A stretch of 64,000 bases of DNA from IMG/VR virus record IMGVR_UViG_3300028804_000002, positions 32,001 to 96,000 of that record, one strand, 5' to 3'. Each line of letters starts with the position of its first letter. Within the stretch, counting starts at the first letter, position 1. This document shows, piece by piece, positions 19,381 through 28,792 of this stretch. Under the pieces are notes generated by a model, which saw only the letters and a list, made by a program, of their open reading frames with translations, made no database searches and was not told where the DNA came from. The stretch is from a virus (Duplodnaviria; Caudoviricetes). A program made the translations under genes and the position numbers.

Positions 19381-20967
19381 TTACTTAATTTCAAAATTAT
19401 TGTATTCAAATTTAAATTCGCTATCTTTTGAAAACCATAGTTTTTCTATAGTTTTATAACTTTTATACTCTCCATTTTCATTAAAAAAAGTATTTTGTCT
19501 GAATTTTAGATATTCCATTAAATATTCAGAATATTTAGAAGGAAGTTGATCTTCAAGAATTTCTTTTAATGTAAGAATTTTTAAAGATAAACCTCTCTTA
19601 ATATCTTCTGCATATTTTAATATTGAAGAACATATCAACATCCAAGAAAGAACTTTTGTTACATTTGTAGAACCTTCGTGTAATCTAAATTCTACAGTGT
19701 GTATTTTACTGAAGAATAAATTGAGAAAATTAACAAGATAATATCTCTGTTCTCTGTCCCATTTATTACCAGTAATGGCATGATAAACACTTTTTGTTGT
19801 ATAAATATTTTTTACCCATTTATCACAAAACATTTTCTTACCGTCTTTTATAAAAGTTTCTCTTACTATTGATCTTTCTCCATACTCTTCAGCTAATGGT
19901 TTACCATTATTTAACCAAGTATAGAGTTTATTAAATTCAAATACTGTATTTCTATGAAATTGCTCTTCATCTTTAGCTTTAAGAATAGAAGCACAATTTA
20001 ATTTTAAGTCAACAAGTGGTTTACAATATACTTTACCATCTTCTTTAATAGAATTAACTCTACTATATGGAAAATATTTCATTAACTCTTCTTGTATTAA
20101 TTGTAATATTCTATAAAGAGATAGTACATAAAGCTTATCCATTCTTACTTTACCGAAATGGTAATGAACTGAGCATAAATTATTTACTTCACATCTTTTA
20201 GAAGCTTCACGACAAAGAAGTTTTATAACTTCAATACCTTTAGCTCCAAACATTGGAACAGTTACATATTCAATACCTTCACCATCACCATGTCTTAATG
20301 ATCCATCTTTTAAAGCTTTTACACCTATAAGACTTCTTATTCTTTTAGGTAAAAAACCATTTATAACTTCAAGTTCCATACCAAATGTAAAATCACCTAT
20401 GAGTTTTGCTATTTCTACACTAGAAGCAGAAATTTTAGGATTAAATTCACTATAGAACTTTTCAAGTTCTTTTTTTCTTGCTTGATCAGATTCAAGATTA
20501 TAATTTTTTGATCTTTCACTATTCGGAATGGCCTTTCTTAATAAGAAAGTCATTTTTTCCGGATTTTCAGCATCAAATTTATAAAATAATCCATCACTCA
20601 TGCATTCTTTATATCCTATTGCTTCTGCTATTTCTGCATTCAAACAAAACACATTTGGTTTTTTACCATAAGTATCAGCAAGACTAACCATAAAATCATT
20701 TTCACTAAAATAACCTTCATCTTTATTTACATTTATGATACCTTTTAGTAAATTTGAATTAGCTTTTAATACATACTTACCTTTATAATTATCAAAGATA
20801 ATTTTTTCAGTAGATGTTATTCTATATCTTTGACCATCCTCCATGAGAAAGCAGGACACACCATCTTCATAGTATTTACCCATGATCTTATATGCCCTGC
20901 TTTTAGGTATGATATTACCTAAATAATCTTTTACAAATTTATTAGTCATTCTGTTTGATTTTTTCAT
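19381..20967 (-). CDS. Putative amidoligase (Amidoligase_2 family)
   Basis: TFGMELEV, KDGSL, IEYVT, CSVHYHF, RYYLVN, TVEFRLHEGS. Confidence 0.85.
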   Translation of the reverse strand: MKKSNRMTNKFVKDYLGNIIPKSRAYKIMGKYYEDGVSCFLMEDGQRYRITSTEKIIFDNYKGKYVLKANSNLLKGIINVNKDEGYFSENDFMVSLADTYGKKPNVFCLNAEIAEAIGYKECMSDGLFYKFDAENPEKMTFLLRKAIPNSERSKNYNLESDQARKKELEKFYSEFNPKISASSVEIAKLIGDFTFGMELEVINGFLPKRIRSLIGVKALKDGSLRHGDGEGIEYVTVPMFGAKGIEVIKLLCREASKRCEVNNLCSVHYHFGKVRMDKLYVLSLYRILQLIQEELMKYFPYSRVNSIKEDGKVYCKPLVDLKLNCASILKAKDEEQFHRNTVFEFNKLYTWLNNGKPLAEEYGERSIVRETFIKDGKKMFCDKWVKNIYTTKSVYHAITGNKWDREQRYYLVNFLNLFFSKIHTVEFRLHEGSTNVTKVLSWMLICSSILKYAEDIKRGLSLKILTLKEILEDQLPSKYSEYLMEYLKFRQNTFFNENGEYKSYKTIEKLWFSKDSEFKFEYNNFEIK

Positions 20968-23356
20968 CTCTTACTACGTTTCCTTTTGCAAGGTAATAAT
21001 GGTTAAGAAGTTTCTTTATCAAAGGAGTCCTCTTTTCTTCTGGTATTCTATTAATTTCATTTATATTTATCTCTACACCAGACATAAAATCCTGATAAGC
21101 ATTTATTGCATCTGCCTCATATTCATCTTCGTTTAAATCTTCAAAATGAATAACTTCTGGCTTAAGAATTTCGTCCTTATAAGATAAATATAGTCTTTCG
21201 GTCTCCAGATTAAGATTCTTCTCACTCATATTTAACATATTAAGTACACCTTGAACATCAATTCTTCCAATCATATGTAAACAAAGCAAAATAGCTTCAC
21301 AAAACTGTCTATGTTCTGTAGATGCTGTATTATAATCAGAAACCCAAGATCTACTATATTCTGATAAAGTGTTGTAAGTGGCATCATAAAAATCTTTAGT
21401 AAATTGTTTTTCTGTATAATACGGATTACTTTTTAATAAAGAATCTATAATAGCTTGATTTTGAGTATCTATTTGTTCATCAATTACATCACTTGGATTA
21501 TCATTAAGATCATCTTTTCCATGTTCATTTGATACAGCAAATGTCTCTTTTAAATCAATTTCTCTTTGTCTATGATTTCTAAATAATCTAAGAAGAACTT
21601 GAACTTCTCCAACAAAATCTCCTTTCTCCATATTGAATCCACATGCTTCTCCAAGTTCAAAGAATCTTGTACTATCATATTCATCAAGAATATGTTCTTC
21701 TCTGAATATTTTGAAAAGTTTTCTGAAGAAAAAAGCTTTAGTTTTTATGGTATTATTGTCTCTTAATATGGATATTCTTGCAGCATTATAAACTTCAAAA
21801 CAATTATATTCTTGATTGTTAAGAATTATATTTATAATAGTTGCATCCATATTTTTTGGATTTGGACTTATTGGACCAATTATACTTATAAAAGATGTAT
21901 CTTTTTCTACATTAGATATTTCACATACTTTTATATCAACACCATCAACTTCTATTACTCTTCCAGTATATTTTAAAGTATATTTAATATCAGTAAAAGG
22001 CATTACATAAGAAGTAACATCTCCATAAACTGAAACTTTTCTTCCCCATTCTTCATTCAATAAAAATAATTGTTTATTATCACAAACTGTAAGACAAGGT
22101 TGAGAAAAATACTTACAAAGTTCAGAAAGTTTAATATCCTTAAATTTAGGAAGAGAAAATCCTTTATTATCAGATGCTTTCTCTTTTAATTCATTATAAG
22201 ATTTTTCATCTTTAATTAAGAATCCTGCAATGAAATAATATTTACTAAATTTATCTGGATTTTTGTCATCAATCTTAACTTCTCCATCATTAGATAACCA
22301 TATTTCATCCATAAGAGGATGACCATTTCTCATATATTTATCAACCTGACAATAAATATGTTTACCATCTTTTGGTGTATTATTTATTGTTGGCTTAAAC
22401 ATATCAATAATAATACTATCAGTACTACGAGTATTATTATCTTTACGAAACGGAGTACAGCCTCCTCCCATGTGACCGAAATTTTCATTATTATAGTCAT
22501 AGTCATTCATGTTATAATTGTTACGTGGATAACTTATGACTTTATTTTTTATTGGAGTTCTCTTTATTTCAATACTTTTTGTTATCTTACCTTTATTTAT
22601 TCTATAAAGAATATTATCAGCAAAGCTATGAATATCAAGAGGATCAGCTCCTATTACTTGCAATGGTTCTTCCATTGAAGATATATACATTTCATTCTTA
22701 GCTTTTTGCCAATAAAATAAGGGTCTTTCTGGATCTTTGTAAACCATTAAAGTATTTGGATATTTTGGAGTAAAAAATAACAAAGTAGCTGTTCCATCAT
22801 AAGATTCAAGAGCTTTTGTATATTCTTTTTCTCCAAGTTTCGTCATAATTCTTGTTAAAATTTGAGTATCAGAATTAAGATGAGATTTATAATCCACTTC
22901 AAAATGCTTAGCCATGGCTTCAGTATTAGTTAAAGTACCGTTCATTGCTAAGATAAGATCATATTTTTCTTTTTCTATTCCATCTTTATACATACCAAAT
23001 GGATGAGCAAGCTCTTTTGAAGTAGAACTTCCAGAACTACGTTTTCTTGCATGAGCAATAAAACTATAATTTTCATCATTTTCAGAAATTATTATAGCAT
23101 TCTTTGTTAAGAATTTTATAACTTTTTCAGTATCTTTTGTGATTTGATTATTTATAGCAAATCCTGTACTATCTTCTCCTCTCTCTTGATTGTAAATCAT
23201 CATGAGTTTTAAAAGATTTGGGTCACCAGGATGATCACCACAAAAACCGACCATTCCACAGAATAGATATCCAGATTTATTCTTATTAATGAGAGACATC
23301 AATATATTCCAACATATTATAAACATTGATACTTTCACTACAATTAATAATTCCAT
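20942..23356 (-). CDS. Class II (Ntn) glutamine amidotransferase with long C-terminal extension
   Basis: CGMVGF, RGEDSTG, HAR, AHPF, NGTL, SDTQ, ERPL. Confidence 0.85.
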   Translation of the reverse strand: MELLIVVKVSMFIICWNILMSLINKNKSGYLFCGMVGFCGDHPGDPNLLKLMMIYNQERGEDSTGFAINNQITKDTEKVIKFLTKNAIIISENDENYSFIAHARKRSSGSSTSKELAHPFGMYKDGIEKEKYDLILAMNGTLTNTEAMAKHFEVDYKSHLNSDTQILTRIMTKLGEKEYTKALESYDGTATLLFFTPKYPNTLMVYKDPERPLFYWQKAKNEMYISSMEEPLQVIGADPLDIHSFADNILYRINKGKITKSIEIKRTPIKNKVISYPRNNYNMNDYDYNNENFGHMGGGCTPFRKDNNTRSTDSIIIDMFKPTINNTPKDGKHIYCQVDKYMRNGHPLMDEIWLSNDGEVKIDDKNPDKFSKYYFIAGFLIKDEKSYNELKEKASDNKGFSLPKFKDIKLSELCKYFSQPCLTVCDNKQLFLLNEEWGRKVSVYGDVTSYVMPFTDIKYTLKYTGRVIEVDGVDIKVCEISNVEKDTSFISIIGPISPNPKNMDATIINIILNNQEYNCFEVYNAARISILRDNNTIKTKAFFFRKLFKIFREEHILDEYDSTRFFELGEACGFNMEKGDFVGEVQVLLRLFRNHRQREIDLKETFAVSNEHGKDDLNDNPSDVIDEQIDTQNQAIIDSLLKSNPYYTEKQFTKDFYDATYNTLSEYSRSWVSDYNTASTEHRQFCEAILLCLHMIGRIDVQGVLNMLNMSEKNLNLETERLYLSYKDEILKPEVIHFEDLNEDEYEADAINAYQDFMSGVEININEINRIPEEKRTPLIKKLLNHYYLAKGNVVRDEKIKQND

Positions 23357-23370
23357 TTTTTATTTTTGTT

Positions 23371-24063
23371 TTAAATTGAATAATCTTTGTATCCAACAAT
23401 TCCAGAATGACTATGTATATTTCCAGAATTGTACATTTCAAACGTTTGTTTTTTATCTATCTTACCATTAAGTAAGTCTTGTAACTTATTCTTTGCTGTT
23501 TTGAAATAGCCTTCATCATGAGGTGAATAAAAATCAGCTGATTTAGCTTTACTAAAGAATTCAATAGGATCTTTAGTACCTTCATAACTGAATCCAAGTC
23601 TTATAAGAAAAAATAAAGCACTTACTAAGTAAGGCTTACTTCCCCATTCTCTTGGAACAGTTAAAACAACATAAGATCCAGTATCATCAAACACAGCTCT
23701 TGTAAGCTTAAATTTGAGTTTTCTTTCAAACTTATTTAATAAAGTTCTTATACCAGTAACTTGTTTTTGCTGTATTTCAAGACTCTTATTTGAATCTCTG
23801 TCGTGAAGCTTTAAAGCTATACTATACTTATCTGCATCTAGTATGCCTTTATCTTGATTAGGTTTCCAGTTAAATCCAAATATGTTTATATCTTTTTTCA
23901 TGATATTACTCCAAAACATATCTGTAAAATAATCTTTACATTTACAAAATGGAGTTATTGTTTCACCATTTTCTGGATTTAGAAAGGCAAACTTTATTTC
24001 TTTCTTACCTTGTCCAGCTTCACAAAGACTGTATTTTTTACTTACATTATCAATTACCTTCAT
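23371..24063 (-). CDS. Conserved hypothetical protein of the ligase operon
   Basis: CKCKDYFTD and HSHSGIV motifs; coupled to neighbours. Confidence 0.6.
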   Translation of the reverse strand: MKVIDNVSKKYSLCEAGQGKKEIKFAFLNPENGETITPFCKCKDYFTDMFWSNIMKKDINIFGFNWKPNQDKGILDADKYSIALKLHDRDSNKSLEIQQKQVTGIRTLLNKFERKLKFKLTRAVFDDTGSYVVLTVPREWGSKPYLVSALFFLIRLGFSYEGTKDPIEFFSKAKSADFYSPHDEGYFKTAKNKLQDLLNGKIDKKQTFEMYNSGNIHSHSGIVGYKDYSI

Positions 24064-24227
24064 AGAAATCTTTTTAGAAATTTTTTACCAGTTATTTTAC
24101 CTTTGAAATTAGAAATTAGATTATCTGCAAAAGGTAATTTTAAATGTCTATTTGGACATCTTTTCACTTTACTACATCCATTTTTAGAAAAAATAATTAG
24201 TGTGTATTTTTTACGTTCTACAATCAT
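24060..24227 (-). CDS. Small basic protein (55 aa, not in ORF track)
   Basis: MIVERKKYTLIIFSKNGCSKVKRCPNRHLKLPFADNLISNFKGKITGKKFLKRFL*; ATGA overlaps at both ends. Confidence 0.55.
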   Translation of the reverse strand: MIVERKKYTLIIFSKNGCSKVKRCPNRHLKLPFADNLISNFKGKITGKKFLKRFL

Positions 24228-25117
24228 AAGTTGTATTTATTTTTGATTATTTTTGGCAGTTCGATTATATATTTTTCTGCAGTTACATCACCAAAAGATG
24301 GAGCACTACATGATTCAATAATAATCCATTTTACTGCTTTATTCTTTTCTTTAGAGTTTTTTGGATCAGTAGTCTTAACATCAAATGCAAGTACATCACC
24401 ACCAATTGCTTTTAATGCTTTTACACAATCTTCAACAATTGCGCTCCAATTTGAAGGTTTACCAAAATCAGGATTTGATTCGAGTATCCAGACACAATTA
24501 TCATCATGTCTTTGAAATTTCTCTTTTTCAGGAGTATCTTTTTTAAGAGCTTTACGGCAAGTATAAAAATATCCATTTGCATGAACGTGAATTCTAAACT
24601 CTTTACTATAGTTCTTATATTCTTCAATAATATAATCACTACAGTTTTTAGATGCCATAAAAGAATCAAGTTCTTTCTGAGTTTTAATAAAATAGTTTCC
24701 ATTACCACGACTTCCAAATCTTGATTTAATAATAAGATGATTTTCTGGAAAATTAACTTCTTTTAAGAATTTAGTCATTTCATCTTTAGATTTTAAAGCA
24801 TCAAGTTTTCTCCAATTTGCTTGAGTTATTCCTGCTTTTGTGAAACACTCTTTCATTCTTAACTTATCAGAACTGTTTCTTACTGAAGCTACAGAGTTAA
24901 TTTCATACTTAAAATCTCCTTGAGTTGTAGACCCATGACGATAAACTACTTTAGCTCCTTTAACAAGAATTTTGTGTCTTAATTTTTCGCAACTTGGATG
25001 TCTTGATAAAATTCTTAATTGAAAGTGAGTTGGTGTTTTTTTAATTAATACTTTTTTAACTTTACTTCCAGAAATAGTACCTATTAATTTTTTTTTCTTT
25101 TTTAATAAAATTGCCAT
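24224..25117 (-). CDS. ATP-grasp ligase (RimK-like)
   Basis: SSDKLRMK, IIKSRFGSRGNG, IEEY, EFRIHV, FDV, IIESCSAPS. Confidence 0.87.
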   Translation of the reverse strand: MAILLKKKKKLIGTISGSKVKKVLIKKTPTHFQLRILSRHPSCEKLRHKILVKGAKVVYRHGSTTQGDFKYEINSVASVRNSSDKLRMKECFTKAGITQANWRKLDALKSKDEMTKFLKEVNFPENHLIIKSRFGSRGNGNYFIKTQKELDSFMASKNCSDYIIEEYKNYSKEFRIHVHANGYFYTCRKALKKDTPEKEKFQRHDDNCVWILESNPDFGKPSNWSAIVEDCVKALKAIGGDVLAFDVKTTDPKNSKEKNKAVKWIIIESCSAPSFGDVTAEKYIIELPKIIKNKYNL

Positions 25118-25121
25118 AATT

Positions 25122-25493
25122 TTACATGTTTTTGTTAAACTTTACCCAATCCCCATCTTCTACCTCTTTATTTTCTTCTCTTAGAGGCCATTCAATAAAA
25201 ATAGAATAAAGTTCATAATCAATACTTATTAAATGTTCAAAATAATCGCGAGTTCTTACTCTTTTCATATATTCATAAACATAATCGTCTACTAATAATA
25301 AATCAACAACTATTTTGTCTTTAGGATTGCCAGTGAATTCAACATCAGCTCTAAATATAGCATCATACATTTTATATCCTAGTATATTGACTGTCCTTTT
25401 ATATAAAACGCTATTTTGTCCAAAGCTTCTATGTAAGAAATCATAACCAGCCATATCTTTTCTATATATCCCGTATGTGCATATTCTATTCAT
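25122..25493 (-). CDS. Gamma-glutamyl cyclotransferase-like (degenerate)
   Basis: CTYGIYRK (cf. FVYGTLR), GYKMY, VEDGDW; the usual catalytic Glu is not evident. Confidence 0.6.
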   Translation of the reverse strand: MNRICTYGIYRKDMAGYDFLHRSFGQNSVLYKRTVNILGYKMYDAIFRADVEFTGNPKDKIVVDLLLVDDYVYEYMKRVRTRDYFEHLISIDYELYSIFIEWPLREENKEVEDGDWVKFNKNM

Positions 25494-25499
25494 TTTTTA

Positions 25500-26492
25500 T
25501 TAGTTATTAATTATTTTATTTATATAATAAGAATAATGTTCCTTTAAAAAAGGAAGAACATTATTTTGATTATTTTTTGCAAGATCTTGTTTAAGAAGTA
25601 TATGCGCATATGGTATGTCATAAATCTTCTTATAATTTTTCATAGCTTTAATACCAGGCTCATCATTATCAAGCATGGTTATTAAATATTTATACTTAGA
25701 TTTTAAATAATCAATCATATCATACTTTATATAAGTATTTTCTGATTTAGGTGCAACAGCTTCAACCTTTAGACCAACTGACATTAATGCCATTAAATCT
25801 TTTAATCCTGAAGTTATAATACAAACATCAGTATTATATTTAAGTTGATCCCATCCTATGAGATAATCTTTTTTAGTATTTAAATATTTTATTTTTGGAT
25901 TTTCAGGCTGATATATTTGATATAAACCTTGTTTTTCAGAATAGAAACCAAAAGAATAATTTGCAAATCTTCCAGCTTCTTGATCTCCTTTAAGAATAGT
26001 GTATTCTTTAAGGGGTTGAACGTTATAATCTATAAGAATTTTTTTACCTATTTGAAATTGTCTCCAAAATTCAAAATCGTTTTCTTTATATTGTCTTGGA
26101 CATACTTTATAAGTAATATAATCATACATTATTTCTGCATTGTCATATTCATCAAGATTACCTCCTTCATCTAAAAATTTCTCATAAGTAGTTAAAATGT
26201 TATCTAAAGTTACACTATAAGTCTTACTAAGAATTGTTTGAACAAAATCAATAACATCTCCACCTTGTCCGCTAGAATGATCATACCAAAGATATTTATT
26301 TAATCTTTCGTTATAATATATACAAAGAGAAGGTTCAGTATCTCTATTTATAAATGATCTTATTTTAATAATTCTTCCATCAAAAGGTTGAACTATAGGT
26401 CTTCCAGACATTTCAGAATAATATTTATATATCCATGCTTCTGGTATATCTTTAATTTCTGTCTTTAACTTATTCATGTTATATAACACCAT
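25500..26492 (-). CDS. dnaG: DNA primase (Toprim, crAss-type)
   Basis: DTEPSLCI, YDHSSGQGGD, ITSGLKD, APKSE, LDNDEPG. Confidence 0.85.
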   Translation of the reverse strand: MVLYNMNKLKTEIKDIPEAWIYKYYSEMSGRPIVQPFDGRIIKIRSFINRDTEPSLCIYYNERLNKYLWYDHSSGQGGDVIDFVQTILSKTYSVTLDNILTTYEKFLDEGGNLDEYDNAEIMYDYITYKVCPRQYKENDFEFWRQFQIGKKILIDYNVQPLKEYTILKGDQEAGRFANYSFGFYSEKQGLYQIYQPENPKIKYLNTKKDYLIGWDQLKYNTDVCIITSGLKDLMALMSVGLKVEAVAPKSENTYIKYDMIDYLKSKYKYLITMLDNDEPGIKAMKNYKKIYDIPYAHILLKQDLAKNNQNNVLPFLKEHYSYYINKIINN

Positions 26493-26509
26493 ATCAATAA
26501 ATTTAAATT

Positions 26510-26540
26510 AAAAAAGCCCCTACATTTCTGTAGAGGCTTT
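26510..26540 (-). terminator. Intrinsic terminator, GAAA tetraloop
   Basis: Minus strand GCCTCTACA-GAAA-TGTAGGGGC-TTTTTT. Confidence 0.8.
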
Positions 26541-26563
26541 CTTTATTGAGTGCCTGAAATTGC

Positions 26564-27166
26564 TTAGAATGGCAAATCGTCAGTACTTTCTAGAGCTGTA
26601 TTCATCTGAGGAAGATCTATTTTCTTAAAATGAAAATTGTTATTTTCATCAAATTTAATAAGTTTCGAGTTCTCAGTTTCAACATCAATAGATTCTACAA
26701 AGTTATAACGAGGTAATAAAAGTTTAATACCTAATTTACCATCAGCTTTTGGATATTGCTCAGCAAATATAGTATATCTTGCCCACTTATTACCAGTAAT
26801 TATAGATTTTACATTATCAACAACTTCATCAAAACTATTTCCTGTAACTTGGTTTACTTCATCTTCAACTCCAAGAGCTATAGATATAGTTTTAAGTTTT
26901 TTCAAGAAATCTTTTTTCTGATCTTCTGTCTTCATGTAAACACCTATACCAATTTTACCAACTCTACCTTTATGTCCTTCGATAGGAGTAAAATTAGGAT
27001 CATTTATAGGTTTAGTCTCCATATGGAGAATCGCCTTTGGTGATCCAGTATTTGCACTTATTTTTAGTTCAATGTCATTTATTTTTAGTATCTGACCTGA
27101 ACCATATGAAATATATGGAGAACTGTTTTGCCTTTCTGTTGTATTTAATTCGCCTAAGTTATACAT
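26564..27166 (-). CDS. ssb: Single-stranded DNA-binding protein
   Basis: Acidic C-terminal DDLPF; lies between AAA ATPase and primase. Confidence 0.7.
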   Translation of the reverse strand: MYNLGELNTTERQNSSPYISYGSGQILKINDIELKISANTGSPKAILHMETKPINDPNFTPIEGHKGRVGKIGIGVYMKTEDQKKDFLKKLKTISIALGVEDEVNQVTGNSFDEVVDNVKSIITGNKWARYTIFAEQYPKADGKLGIKLLLPRYNFVESIDVETENSKLIKFDENNNFHFKKIDLPQMNTALESTDDLPF

Positions 27167-27219
27167 ATTTGTCTATTGTTTTTTTGTTTTTGATATTTCT
27201 TCCTCCATTAAGAAGAAAC

Positions 27220-27900
27220 TTATTCGTTATAATTCACAATTGTACTTCTTACTAATTCCAAATCATTAGGTATCCTTAATTCATTAAACATATCTTTTGG
27301 ACTCTTAGCTGGAGTCTCTCCATCTGTTTGAGTTTCAAAGAAATATTTAATTTCTTTACCTTCTTTTTTAGCTTTACCATAAAGTACTACCGTAAATAAA
27401 GCTTCAATTACTATTAATTGGTCAACTAATTTACCAACTGTTTTGGCCTTAATTTTAGAATCACCATCTATATTTTCTGATCTCTCTGGGTGAGTAAGAT
27501 AAAATACAGTTAGATCATCTCTCATATCTTTATATTTAGTACCAATAAGATATATATTTTTACCAATATCAGTAAACTTTTGATAACCAACTTCATGTGA
27601 TTTATTCATATATTCAAACGAAGCAACCAACGACCAATCATCGATTACTAACGTTTTCATTTGAGGTAACTTTTTGTCTACTATATCCATAACTTGTAAG
27701 ATTACACTAGGATTAGCAGATGCAACCATATTACCAGTATTTTCTTTACTATTAAATGGTGTATAAAGCGATTTCCAGCCTCTAAAAGGCAACGGTTTAT
27801 TAGCACAATTAATAATAAAAGTTGTTTTTGGATCTAGTGTTTCTATTGATGTAGATTTACCAGATCCTGGTTCTGCAATTATAAGAGCATTATAAGCCAT
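27220..27900 (-). CDS. AAA_24 / Sak4-like ATPase
   Basis: AEPGSGKSTS, LVIDD, LTH, KTVGKLVD, PAKSP. Confidence 0.85.
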   Translation of the reverse strand: MAYNALIIAEPGSGKSTSIETLDPKTTFIINCANKPLPFRGWKSLYTPFNSKENTGNMVASANPSVILQVMDIVDKKLPQMKTLVIDDWSLVASFEYMNKSHEVGYQKFTDIGKNIYLIGTKYKDMRDDLTVFYLTHPERSENIDGDSKIKAKTVGKLVDQLIVIEALFTVVLYGKAKKEGKEIKYFFETQTDGETPAKSPKDMFNELRIPNDLELVRSTIVNYNE

Positions 27901-27911
27901 AACTTTTTATA

Positions 27912-27943
27912 CAAAGTTAAGACAAATTTTTTACATTACCAAA
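27912..27943 (-). promoter_or_regulatory. Bacteroidota-type promoter
   Basis: TTTG-N20-TAACTTTG. Confidence 0.75.
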
Positions 27944-28428
27944 CAATTTTCTGTTTTTTCATAATTATGTACATAAGTAACTTCAATACTCTTTGTAACT
28001 TCTCTAAATTTCTCGGAATTTACAAATTTTATAAAAGCATCATTGTATTTCTTTATATCTTCAGGATCTATATATAAACCATCTTCTTGTTGCCTTCTTT
28101 TATTTCTTTTATTGGCTTTAAACAAGTCTATAGTAAATACTTTAATCTTTACATTAAAACAGGATATAAGATATCTTAGAGCCTCTATATCGAGCTGAAA
28201 TCCATCTATAACGGCATTTCTATTATCATCTATACCATCGATCATACTAAGAATATTCTCCATAGATGCGGTGATAATATCCTCACTTTTTTTATCGGAC
28301 GGTAGACTACCAAACATCATTATTTTAAGATCATCCATACTTAATCTTACATAATTCTTTTTGGTTAAATTTAGACAATAAGTAGTTTTACCTGCACATA
28401 TTTGTCCAATCACTAATTTCACTATCAT
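27931..28428 (-). CDS. P-loop kinase (AAA_33 / polynucleotide-kinase-like)
   Basis: GQICAGKTT, SMDDL, VIDG, RNKRR. Confidence 0.7.
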   Translation of the reverse strand: MIVKLVIGQICAGKTTYCLNLTKKNYVRLSMDDLKIMMFGSLPSDKKSEDIITASMENILSMIDGIDDNRNAVIDGFQLDIEALRYLISCFNVKIKVFTIDLFKANKRNKRRQQEDGLYIDPEDIKKYNDAFIKFVNSEKFREVTKSIEVTYVHNYEKTENCLVM

Positions 28429-28460
28429 AAAAATATACTTAAAGTAAAACTGACAATTAA

Positions 28461-28724
28461 TTAACCTTTAGTTGCTGGAGTATAAAACCAACGACATACC
28501 TTACGGCCATTGTTTGTTATACCTGTAGCATCTGCAGTCTTTTTTACCAAATTTCTTTCACTAAAACGATTCAAACATTTACTCACTTGTGTAACGGTCA
28601 AATGTCCATTATAAATGGTATTTGCTCCAGTACATATTTGTTCAGTTGTCATCTTTGCATTACGTCTCTTACGAAGATACGTTAATACTGCCTTATTTTG
28701 ATTTGATGTTTTATTTTTTATCAT
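28461..28724 (-). CDS. Winged-helix DNA-binding protein
   Basis: VLTYL...MTTEQI...VSKCLNRFSERNLV pattern. Confidence 0.55.
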   Translation of the reverse strand: MIKNKTSNQNKAVLTYLRKRRNAKMTTEQICTGANTIYNGHLTVTQVSKCLNRFSERNLVKKTADATGITNNGRKVCRWFYTPATKG

Positions 28725-28792
28725 TCTATTACTTTTTTGATTTTTGTTTGAAATATTGATTCTTATTGCCAGTTCTACTCTAAGTAATAATT

